From Octopus vulgaris (taxonomy: Eukaryota): 64,000 nucleotides of DNA. The stretch lies in the NCBI GenBank assembly GCA_951406725.2, contig OX597817.1, positions 66,278,001 through 66,342,000 of the forward strand. The letters are read 5' to 3'. Shown piece by piece: positions 43,181-54,598 of the stretch (position 1 is its first letter; each line of letters opens with the position of its first letter). The notes beneath the pieces were generated by a model. That model was not told the origin of the DNA, made no database searches, and was given only the letters and a program-made list of their open reading frames with translations. The position numbers were made by a program, and so were the translations under genes.

Positions 43181-46100
43181 GGGACATTTGATTGGACAAA
43201 TGTGTAATAAAGGATACTGACAATTCTGTCAAACTTACTATATCTCCTTCCCCAAATCTAATTTCACTCTTCAAACAAATAATCAAGGCAATCTCACACA
43301 ATTGTTCAGTCTATAAGAAACAGTAGCCAAATCAAATTCTACTTGTCTTAAAGGAGGTGACAGGACAATTTGGTGTTCAAAATTATGTGAATGTGACCAT
43401 GGCTCTGCTTGATTAGAACCGAGTTTCCATAGCTTTCTTAACTATTCTCTTTACCTTAAGCTGACTCATTCAAACATGTAATGGATATAAACACACACAC
43501 TATCGTGATTTCAGAGACTAAACATCGAGCCATGTTAAGAGACAATCAATAGCATTATAGGAATAAATGATTAAAAGTAACCAACCATAAAAGTCAATAA
43601 AAAAAACAATCAGGTTAAAATAACGGCCATAAAAAAATTCTAATAAAAGCCATAGATCAATAAGGTAAATGTGAAAAAATTAACATCTCAATGAACTCTA
43701 CAGCCCCACAAAATTAGGTCAGTTTCTTAGCCCTGATTTGTATGATGTTCTAATGAGAATATGTCCTCTCCAAGAGAACATTTTATTCAACCTTGATAGG
43801 TATTAAAAGCCAACAGATTAGAAAACAGTTCAATTTTCATAAACTCTAGGGTGCAACATCTAACAAACATTCTGAACATTTAACAAAAGCAGGCAGATTA
43901 CTTATGCAGTATGCTATATAGCATGCATGTAATGAATCTTGCATAAATTTTGGTGAGTTGGCCAATTAAAGGAGCTATATGTGGATAAGCATACCATTTT
44001 TCTTATTAATATAATCATTAAACTTAAGAGGACACTGAGTGTAAGACAAAATTGGGTTTTGGGATTACAAGTACAGTCCATTTGGCAAGCTTGCATAAGC
44101 TTTGCATTTACCCAGTTTCACTTACAGGTTTTAAACAATTCAAAACTATGGCAAGAAACCACTGCACAAGACAAAATGCCATTTATATCTAATGCAAGAT
44201 TTTAATAGTCTTCACAAATCCAGTTCCTAGACACACTGAAAAAGTAAACTGGCAAATTGATGCAGTGATATGGCATCCAGAAGATGACAGAACCAGAGAT
44301 AACATCAAGACCTAAGATAGGTGACAGCATGTCTGTGTAGTTTGCTTCACAACCATATGGTCTTGGGTTCAGTCTTACTGTTCAGCATCTTAAGTATCAT
44401 TTACTGTAGTCTCTCACGGAATTTGATAGTTGTAAATTGTGCAGAAACCCTTCGTACTCACACATAAATGCTGACATTCCACAACTTCACCCACAACAAA
44501 ACAGATGCTTACCTCAAAGACAGGTGGAATAGAAAAACCTGTAAAAATTGGTGACAGAACATCTGGCTGTAAAATCATTCTTCAATCTCTGTTCAACCCA
44601 ACCAAGCATACGAAAATGAATGTTGAACGAATGAAGAAACTTAAGAAATTGTGATAGGTCTCAAAAGAAAAAGTAAATGTGTAGAGTACAGGACATCACC
44701 ACCTCAGAAGCAAGATGAGACACCATTGAGACAAAGGGTTGTATTATAGGCCAGCAAAACAGCACACAAATGTAATAGCTGCTACCACCACCAAATTTAT
44801 AGGCACAATGTAACCTACCTTTTTATAAGAAATTAATCATATAAGTAAAATATTTGAACAAACTAGCTTAGACCTGGATCAGATATGCCTGTTTCTCAGT
44901 GTGGACATGTAACTTTCCTAAAACTCTCGCAGGTGAAATGACAGGTCAAGAAGTGAGCCTCTACATAGCTATTAGATCTGCTCAAGATAGTCAAATTTTC
45001 AATTCATAGTACACTATCTTAAATTACATTTTGGATAATACAGTCCTAAGGTACCATTAGAAAAAGACAGCATAACAGTTGGAATGTCATTCATATGTCA
45101 GCCTGATCAGAGTTGACATGGAGCAAAACATCAATAAGGTACCATATTCTACATTTTATAGTGAACTGTACAGAAGACACAAGCAGAGTAAAATTAAAGA
45201 TGTGTTTGTGGATAACGTAGACAATGAAATCGACACACAAACCCACAGAAAAAAAAACTTGTGTTGAATATATACTAACTTTTCTTTAGTAGTACAAAGT
45301 TTGAAAAAATTTCTTCACAAAGAAATGAAAAGCAAAGTCTGATTAGACCTAAATTAGATGCTTAGAGTCAGGTCAACTGTGAACAGACCAGTGATCAAAG
45401 GCGCCTTTACCGTAGCAAAGACGAAAGGGAGGTCTGGCTTCGTCAATGATGTTGCTAAGCCATGTCCAACATCTGATTTATTAATTTGTCCGAAGGATGC
45501 TCCTACTCTTTCACACATGACATACAACTGATCTTTTTTAATAAACGTAATTGAACTCGACATTTTTAACCTGTACAACCCAATATTGTAAATATAGATG
45601 TGAAAGACTTAAAATCCGAAATACAACGTGGTCTCGAAAGATGCAGCGTCTCTAACGAAGTGTACTAAATCATAGATACATGCTTACATTTTACAATATT
45701 ACAACTTAATTTAAATGTTGCTATTACAAATTAATTTAAATATTGCATTTTTATTAATATTTATACTATAACAAAATTCATAAATCTACAACACCTGTGT
45801 TGAGCAATTCTGACACAGGAGATAGAAAGTGAGTCAGTGAGATCATGCTGCAGGTTTGTAATGATGAGAGCTGTTCATATATAAATCGAATTCGAACAGA
45901 ACTTTAAATGAATGTTAAGCATATTTAAAATTATTGCCTAACTTAATTTTTAAACCAATCTCCCTTTCAAGTTCTTTTCCGAAATAAAATTACGTTTATT
46001 ACTAAAAGAATAATTATATAATTTCAATTAAATTCTTACGGAAGGATGTTGATTTTCAGGTCTGTCGATTAAAAAGTGCAATAGCGATTATAAAAATTGT

Positions 46101-48538
46101 CTATACATAGAATACAACGGCACTTATCTAATAATAAAGTAGCAGTAACACATCTAAATTAAATGCTTCTTAAAGAACATTGCCGTTAATCGCAAAATAA
46201 AGAGAAAAGATGCCCATATTTCAAATCGATATGCAACACGTATGGTGTTTTGTGAATAAAGATTACTAGTAAAACTCGTGCGCATTCCTTGACGTTGAGA
46301 CGTGTATATAAAATCCACAAACCTAAATGTGGTCGCTTGTTAGAAATAACAAACCTTACTCAAATCGACTAAAAGGAACATAGGGCAACGTAGTATTAAA
46401 ACACCTATAAAAGAGTTGACCTGAGAAAACAACTATATTCTTGTTTAATTATGGAACACAAAGACCACCACACAGAAAAACTGAACAGGATTTTACGTAA
46501 CATTACGACGTTCATATATTTAAAATATATATAACCACACCATCAAATTGTTGGTACCCTGAAATGCAAACGGACACAAATCACGCATCAAATACTAAGG
46601 GCTTTAAAAAAGAAAAAGGAGAAAGAATTATCAATTATTTAAATGACTTGTGTAATTTTATATACACACCACGCCATCCAACACGTGCCTTCAATAGTAT
46701 AAAGCAACACACAATATAAACACAATAATCAGCCATACAATCAAAGGAGAAATATAGTTTGCCTCATAGGAGAAATATAGTTTATTGTATATCATAACTC
46801 ATTTATCTATCATATATATATATATATATCACACTACTGATTGAAGGATGTCGGCCATTGTATTTATCAAAGACCTGATTTGGTCGCTAGAAACAACAGC
46901 CAAATTTTACTCAAATCATCTTGGGGGAAAGGAGGGAATAGATAACAGAGTTCCCTACATACTAAAACAGCCAAATAAAGAACTACAAAAAAAAAAAGCT
47001 GAGTTTTGTGACATTCCATGACTTATTTTTATGTATAGGGAAAGCGTTACAGCCTATCCACGTCAATAAATACCCACGATGAACAAACAATTTGTGTATG
47101 CGTGTACATATAATCCATATACAAATAACAGACAGAAATTTATACTCGTAAAGATAATTAGTTAAGACTTTTACGCTCCTCATCACTACGAAGAGAATTA
47201 TAAAAATTGTTTTCTAACGATAAAGCAAAATTGATTGTTAAGAGTTTTCTAGGCGCTGCTTATTCAAAGCACATGGTCTGTTCCACTACATTAAGCGCAT
47301 TGCGTATGTGGATAGATAGATAGATAGATGGATATAGACCATGTGAATTTTTAAAAAATAGTAACTATAATACTTTAAAGGTTAAGGTTGTAAGTTTCTT
47401 CGTCTTTTTTCCTCTTTTGCTGTTGTATAGTAATATATTGTAATGAAAATCTAACAAATTTTAAAATATTATACATTAGAAATCTTTGTTTCAGCATTTC
47501 ACAACTGCTTGCTTTTCCTATATATATACATATACATATATATATATATGGTTTATGCAATAATAAAAACGGATACAAAAATAACAACCACTCAACCAGT
47601 GGCTAGCTGAAATTAATTGGAAAAATCATCTAGATCAGAACTTTCGGTAATAGATATTAATCTTTACGGTATGGTTAAAAAGAATTCCCGCCAGAGTTGA
47701 ATTAGCTTTTCATTCATCCTGAAGGTGAAAAGTGTTTCGTTTTTCAGAAAATAGAACAAGTATTCGTAATTAGCTGTTTTAGCTATATATTATACGGTAC
47801 TTATTATACATTATGCTACAAAGTTTCCTGCCACTAGTATCCAAAAGGCGAAAAAAACAAAAAACAAATGAAGGGTGATTGATACATGGGCAAAATAATG
47901 ATTAAAATAGGAGTAACTAATGAACTATAGCAAGTGCTCAATTGAAAAAACAGACTAGTCTTTGATTAAATGTTATAATTTTATTTAAAATCTTTTAATT
48001 TCCCCGCTATTTTATCTCTAACTAATTAAATGTGTACCTGCACGCGATCGTGTGTGTGTGTGTGCCGGAATTTAACTAATTCTTTTCAGAACAGTGGCAG
48101 AAATTTAGTGAAGAAAAAATACAATTGTTAGAATTTCTTCAGGTCTTTCCACCAAGAGCGTTTAGAAACATATGTTAATTCCTTTTCGTTATATTGGTTG
48201 CACAGAAGACGACTATTTCAAGCTAGAAAAATATGACTATGACTGACGTTCATGCCATTTCCACAAAATATTACGTAAACGATATAAAGAAACACCTTTT
48301 TTTTTTTATTAATAATGACGCATTAATTAATAGTATAATCCAATTAAGAAATACTAAATAAAAGAAAAAATACACACATCATACATATTAATAATTAATA
48401 CAATTAAAACTTAGAGTAATTAAGAGAATTTTATACAATACGAAAATATAAATTTAGAGAAACTTGGTTTTGACAATTTCGACATATTTTAAAATGGAGA
48501 ATAGAAAAGTAGAAAGATTCTAATCCGTTTTCACTAAC

Positions 48539-48644
48539 CCACTTCACCGGCAACACTGACAGGATGACCAAAAAGTTGTCCACAAAATCTGGAGCCATCT
48601 TCCAGAAACAACGTGGCTTTCTTCGGCATCTTGATAGAACCCAT
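48539..48644 (-). CDS. CAD: CAD exon 1 (start; GATase N-terminus)
   Basis: Translates as MGSIKMPKKATLFLEDGSRFCGQLFGHPVSVAGEV, matching the LxLEDGS...FG...GEV start of CPS II. Phase-1 donor GTTAGT at 48538. A second in-frame ATG at 48629 is an alternative start. Not present in the ORF track. Confidence 0.9.
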
Positions 48645-48659
48645 CTTCTCAAGTGATGA

Positions 48660-48810
48660 TGTGCTGTATTACAAGGGACATAATTGGCGCCTTTCAATTT
48701 ATAAGCGGGCTTGCTGTCGTGGTTAATGTATGTTACTCGCGACCTTGTTACCATATAAACTTTGCGGAAAATAGATATTTTTCAATAAAATTTTTTGCAA
48801 ATACGCGTCT
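48660..48810 (-). promoter_or_regulatory. Putative CAD core promoter
   Basis: TATAAA on the minus strand at 48698-48703, E2F-like TTGGCGCC (48684-48691) and TTTTCCGC (48764-48771, minus), in a CpG-retaining stretch just upstream of the ATG. Motif matches only. Confidence 0.4.
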
Positions 48811-49620
48811 AATAGTGGAGATTACGATTATACTGGAATTTGATGTGAAAAGAAAAATTAACACACACAGACACAAATCTTTTTTCGAAATTTCATGTTT
48901 TATTTAGAGATATGTGGTGCGTGTCAGTATAATATATATATATATATATGTTCGATTACACTAGTTTTCTTTTTCAAATTAAATTCCGTTATAATCGTAA
49001 TCGATACACTCTGAAAGGAATTTGCAGTGAGTTTCAAAAAAAAAAAACATATATTTCTAAAAGAAACGAAGCTAACACATATGAATTTTCCGAAACTCCC
49101 CACACTTGGAAAAAAAATAATCCGCATTAAATTCAATATAATCGTCATCTGCATCTTCTGAAGAGAATTTGTAGAAAATTTCATTTAATAATATCCATTT
49201 TTCTGGAAGTTATGAGGAACAAAGTCGTGCGTAGGAGATACATAAAAATAAAAATACACAAAAATAAAAATAGATATTTAATAATGAAATTTTCTGCGAG
49301 TACTTTTCAGAGAGTGTACATTACGATTATATTGGAATTTACACATTAATATTAACACAATTTTTTTTCAAAATCTCAAGTTTCATTTCGCAGGTATATG
49401 TAATGTGATGTGTCAGTACATTTGTGTACGCTCACCGTTTTTTCTTTTTTTTTTTTTTTGCATTGAATTCCGATGTAATTGTAATGTACCCACTCTGAGG
49501 TATTTGCAGAAAATTTATAAAAGATATGAGGAAACAAAGCCGAATCGTGAATATCCGAAATTCCTTGCCCCTTCCCCTACCCCACCGAAATTTTCACAAC
49601 AAATTCCAATTTAATCATAA

Positions 49621-49670
<50 letters not shown>

Positions 49671-49810
49671 AAATAAGCAACAAGGATATCCAGATCCTTG
49701 TTGCTTATTTTGATTCTAATCATCTTATTTTGAAATTGTATGGATAATACCGTACTAAATTCTGGTGTCTCAACTCAAGTACCATATTCATCTGAATCTA
49801 AATTTTTGCT

Positions 49811-49846
<36 letters not shown>

Positions 49847-49869
49847 GGTTAATGTTTACATCTTAACCC

Positions 49870-50330
49870 GGAAATGAAAATCCCCCCCCCCAAAAAAAAT
49901 ACTGGGATGGGTGTAAAACAATGTGTAGGAAACGAATATGAAAAGAAAATGCGCGCAAACCAACGGGAGTGTGGGAAGAGGACTTCGGAAAATTCACAAG
50001 ATCCGAGTTTTCCCCTCATAACTTTTCGGAAAATGGGGTTTCTTTCAATGAAACTTTATAGAAATACCTTTCAAACGACATACATTGCAATTATAAAGAA
50101 ATTTGTGGGGAAAATCTTTTCCAAAAAGGTGGGGAGAGGACTTCGGAAAATTCACAAAATCTGAGTTTTTCCCACATAACTTTTAGGAAAATTGGTTTGT
50201 GGGGAAGGAACTTTCGGAAAATTTCCAAGACCCGAATTTTTCCTCGTTATATTCCGAAATTACATTCAACTTTCTACAGATACCCTAGGGTAGTACTACT
50301 ACATACACTACGTAATGTTTATTTCTACCC
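49870..50330. repeat. Repeat with ~60-bp subunits (DNA-transposon-like)
   Basis: gacttcggaaaattcacaa..tc.gagttttcc..cataactttt.ggaaa occurs about three times. aagaaatttgtggggaaa resembles the reverse complement of sequence near 34535-34555. Confidence 0.5.
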
Positions 50331-51513
50331 ATTTTCAATAACTTTTAGTGTTTTAGTTTCAATTTTGTTTCATTTTCAATTATTTTTACGCTTTTAAATG
50401 AATTAATCCCGGAACTGCATGCAAAGATGCAAATATTTGTTCCCAGATATCAACAAAATTAGAACAGGACCAAAAGTTAACTCTGCAGGCAGTAGCAGAT
50501 GAATGCCAGAGGTTTATAAATCTAAGACATGACGCAGATAAAATTGTAGAAAAAAGATTGCTCTCATATTCGTGCATGTCGACCGGTAACGGATATGAAA
50601 AAAGAAAAATATGTCAAGGCCGAATCCATGTTATGGGTGCGATGGTCTACATTTTAAAAGTAAGTGTCCGTTTAGGAATATAAAATGTTTTAAGTATGGT
50701 AAGGTAGATCATAAGAAATCACTCTGTAAAACAAAACCTAAAAACGGTTAAACAGAAAAATAAAATACGTAAACAGGTTTTCGGTGACAAGAAATACGAA
50801 CGAGCCGCAAAGGAAATTTGTGTATAATAACACAAACGTAAAATTACATTTGGATACGAGCAGTGATATCTCGATAATTAACACAGATACATGGGGGGAA
50901 ATCGGGAGACCTAGATTAAAAGAAACTTCGAAAATGGCACGTGGTGTTTCAGGAAAAAAATTACATTTTAAGGGCGAATAATTAATGACGGTACATTTCA
51001 TGGGAAAACCTTAAAAGCCAAAGTTTTTGTGTTGAATAAAACGACAAATTTATTCGGAACAGAGTGGATGGAATTATTTAACTTATGGAACGTCCCCATA
51101 AATCTTTTCTGTAAAAATATGAATGTTTTTTCCGCCAGTACATATAAGTCGTCAGACGAATTTAAAAAAAAATTTTTTTTTTAATTTTCCTGAAGTTCTG
51201 TCTGATGAATTAGGTCTGTGCACCAAAACAAGGGTGAAGTTTGAAGTAAAAGAAAGCGTCATACCGGTATTTAAACAAAAACGAACAGTACTTTTTGCAG
51301 CGTTGGAGTTAGAAAGACTAGAAAAAATTGGAGTTATCCAAAAAGTGGAATGGAGTCAATGGTCATCACCAACTGTGCACGTTAAGAAAAAGAATAATAA
51401 AACAGAGTGTGCGCTGATTTTTCCACTGGTTTAAACGAATGTCTAAAAACGTTCCACTGTTCGCTACCTACTCCGAAGAACATATTTGTGAAATTAAACG
51501 GTGGCAAGATATT

Positions 51514-52194
51514 TGTTGGGTTCTAGCTTGACCCTGCCTGAGATTTGAAACCATATCCACCGGCTTGTTGCTTGTCAAAACGAGCGGGAAATCCTTCACA
51601 CTAGATGATTGATGAGGAAACACTCCGTCCCCTTGGACCTGTACTAGTCAAGGAAAGTCAGTCTTTTGTTTAAGGTTTGACCTACACTACTGACCAGAGA
51701 GAATTTTCTATCTCCTCCTCTTATGTGTCAGCTATGACCAAGAAGCAACACCGGCTCTTTTGTGTCAGCCAGACCAAGGAGCAATACTCACTTTTGCATC
51801 AGCCTTAACCAAGAGCAGCACTTCCTTTCGCCCTTCGATCGACATGCTTTTGGCTTTTGGCCGTAAGAAAGGCGATACCGCCTTTACCCTTTCTTCCTTT
51901 CTAGTCAGCACCATGACTACCTTACTCCTTCCCGCTCTACTGACAGACAGCCTTTTTCTACATATCAACTACTAACCAGCGAGTCATCCTAGAATTGCTA
52001 CTGTCTCTGTAACAACCTGTCGGGTAAACGAATAAATATAGGTAAATAACATTTCTTCCTTCTTGGTATTAATTCTTCGATGAACACTGGTTACTCCGAC
52101 ATGAGAACCTTGAAGCGTTACATCTATACGCTACATTTAGTAGTGGGCTACATCGTATCGAATTGATATGGCTCACCACAACCAGTCCGCTACA
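51514..52194 (+). mobile_element. Solo LTR (681 bp) inserted in Gypsy RT
   Basis: TG...CA termini and a 4-bp TSD TATT (51510-51513 and 52195-52198); removal restores GKIFSKL; AATAAA near 52031. Confidence 0.88.
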
Positions 52195-52254
52195 TATTTT
52201 CTAAATTGGCTCTCTCTGACACGTCCCTACAAATTAGACGATGAATGCTCTAAA

Positions 52255-52384
52255 TTCGGGGTCACCAATCGTAGCGGTTAGTTCTTGGGAAGGCTGCAAT
52301 TCTCTTGTTTGGGTTCACCAATTGTAACGGGAGATATTGATTTGTAAACATTATTATGAAATGTCGGAGTCAGCAGTTGTAACG
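52255..52384 (-). repeat. Three 22-nt LTR-end/PBS repeats with unique 31- and 33-nt spacers
   Basis: Minus-strand units CGTTACAACTGCTGACTCCGAC, CGTTACAATTGGTGAACCCAAA and CGCTACGATTGGTGACCCCGAA. Confidence 0.75.
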
Positions 52385-53189
52385 ATAATTGCATACTGTA
52401 GGATGTGAAAAATGAACAATGCATGAAGTTTTAAGGAAATATTTATTTACCGTTACGTTACAATACCTTGCCTCGACGGGCAGATTTTGATAAATCCAAA
52501 GGCATGCGAAGTAAAGTTTGTTTTAGTGTCCTCTTCATTGTTTAGTAGTAAATACAGAGAGAGATAGAATGATGTTGAAAGAGAACAGAATTAGAGCTAG
52601 TGATCAGCAAGACTTCGGGATCTTTTCATTTTGAAGGCCAGATTTTCCTAGTTAACTAAACAATTTGAAACTTCGTATACTGGTAGAATGTGTCAAAAGA
52701 AAACATAATTGTAAACCAAAATGAAAACGGAATTGTAATTTCTAAGTTTAACGTTGTTTAATAATTCGAATTTTAACCAATGGTATTCTTTGTTTCGACT
52801 TCATATCATTTACTGCCTCTCAAAATATTGTTACTGTGACGTAAACAGCTATTTTGTGATGTAGTTAACGTAAACATGTATATAGCTAAAACGTAAACAT
52901 CCGCTTATCGTAAACAGCTAAATTCGCTTGGCATCGTACACAGCTTTTTCAGTTCCCTAGAATTATATTTGAAACAAAATAAAAATAAAAAGATTCATAC
53001 GCATAAATATCCATCCTTAGACATCAGAAAGATTAGAAATGCAACAAAAATTTAAAATACCGGATCTTTACCTTTTGACCTACAGATTTAAAAAATAATT
53101 TTTTCTAACTAAACACTTTCAAACTTCGTGGAGTATATATAAAATTTGTGTAGATCCTAAATAGCTACACACACATGTATACAAACATA

Positions 53190-53230
<41 letters not shown>

Positions 53231-53421
53231 ATACACACATATTCTAATGCATATGCATATATGTATATATATTTATAATGTGTGTGTATTATAGATGCAT
53301 ACATTATATATATATAAAAGATGTTTACATACAATATATATATATATGTTATATACATCTACATGTATATGTATGTATGAATATATAAGTACCACAGAAT
53401 TTGAATCAAACTGTTTTGATC

Positions 53422-53459
<38 letters not shown>

Positions 53460-54598
53460 TACATACATACATACATACATACATACACACATACTAAAAT
53501 TACATCGTTGGAGCAGTAATTTATTTATGTATTTTTTGTTATACAATTTATTTTTAAGCTGAATCCCTATCCTGCCATTAACCCCTTTCTTATAAAATAG
53601 TTGAAGAATCTGGGGTGTAGGAATTGGGCCAGTATTGGAACTTTTAACTTCTTGCTCTCTATCTTATGATCTCCGAAATTTAAGAATCTTGAGTTAACTG
53701 GGCTCTTATTATTTACTCTGACTCTGCCACCACCTCAATGCAAAGGCTATCAATATCAGAATCATCTTCACAACCACCACTGAGACATCCTAACATAATC
53801 AATGCCACTACTACTATCATCATCATCCACTGCCGCCACCACCACCACCTCTACAAAAACACCAACACTATAATTGCTGCCATCATACACATCCACTGTC
53901 ACCACTACACTACCACCACCACCACCACTGCCATGATAACCACATCTACCACAGCTGTTTGCTTACTTCTTACCCCCGTTGTTTAAAATTTTCACAAAAT
54001 AGCTGTCTACGTCACAGTAACACTATGCAGCTAATAATTTCAGATCAAAACAGACAATACGATTGGTTAAAATTCGCAGATTTAAACTACGTTTAAACTT
54101 ATAAAATACATTTTTCTCAAAAAAACTAGTGGAAATTAATGTTTTCTTTTGATACTTTCTACCAGTATACGAAGTTTCAAATTATTTAGTTAACTAGAAA
54201 AACCTGAAAATCTGGCCTTCAAAATGAAAAGATCCAGACTTCGTTCAGTCGTTACCATGTGACTGGACTCGTTGAATCGTCAACAACTGTGATTAACTGA
54301 TTTTTGCTTGGGGTGTGCTTGCTTATATAACTATCCAGAAGAATAGATATATCATTGAGAACAATAGATTTAGTTGGTGGTCTTGTTATCTCTATTCTAG
54401 CTTTTGGTGAAGTAGAAGAGGTTAGAAAGGGTCGAGTGGGGAAGACATTATTTCAGCCTAGCTAAAGGCATCTGGAAAATGTAAAACTGCTGTCAGAGAA
54501 AAACCATTGTTCCACCATGGGAAAAGTTCTGTTGCAGTGTTAATTTAAATTTGGCTATGGTGGATCGAATCCACTTCATGCATGCAAAATCCACTACA
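52378..54598 (-). mobile_element. Antisense LTR (~595 bp net) followed by PBS array
   Basis: Minus strand TGTAGTGG...CGTTACA with TATATAA and AATAAA, then tRNA-Trp-type PBS motifs. The host RT reads ECSK|YLT across the insert. Confidence 0.75.
52618..54235. mobile_element. Non-autonomous DNA transposon, ~240-bp imperfect TIRs, 8-bp TSD (Merlin-like)
   Basis: Termini GGATCTTTTCATTTTGAAGGCCAGATTTTC and its reverse complement; TSD AGACTTCG at 52610-52617 and 54236-54243. The superfamily is inferred from GG termini plus the 8-bp TSD. Confidence 0.88.

Noticed and set aside
5916-48644. Mitochondrial CPS I/III instead of CAD
   Set aside because: There is no N-terminal transit peptide, the GATase Cys is intact and the motifs are CAD-like. 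The DHOase/ATCase exons lie outside the window, so the full fusion is not directly seen.
48431-48754. 107-aa minus-strand ORF at the CAD start
   Set aside because: It is in the wrong frame; the homologous exon 1 is in another frame.
52255-52384. True CRISPR array
   Set aside because: The context is eukaryotic with no cas genes, and the repeats are LTR-end/PBS sequences.
53738-53986. His/Thr-rich ORF
   Set aside because: It is (CAC/CAT)n low-complexity sequence inside a non-autonomous transposon.
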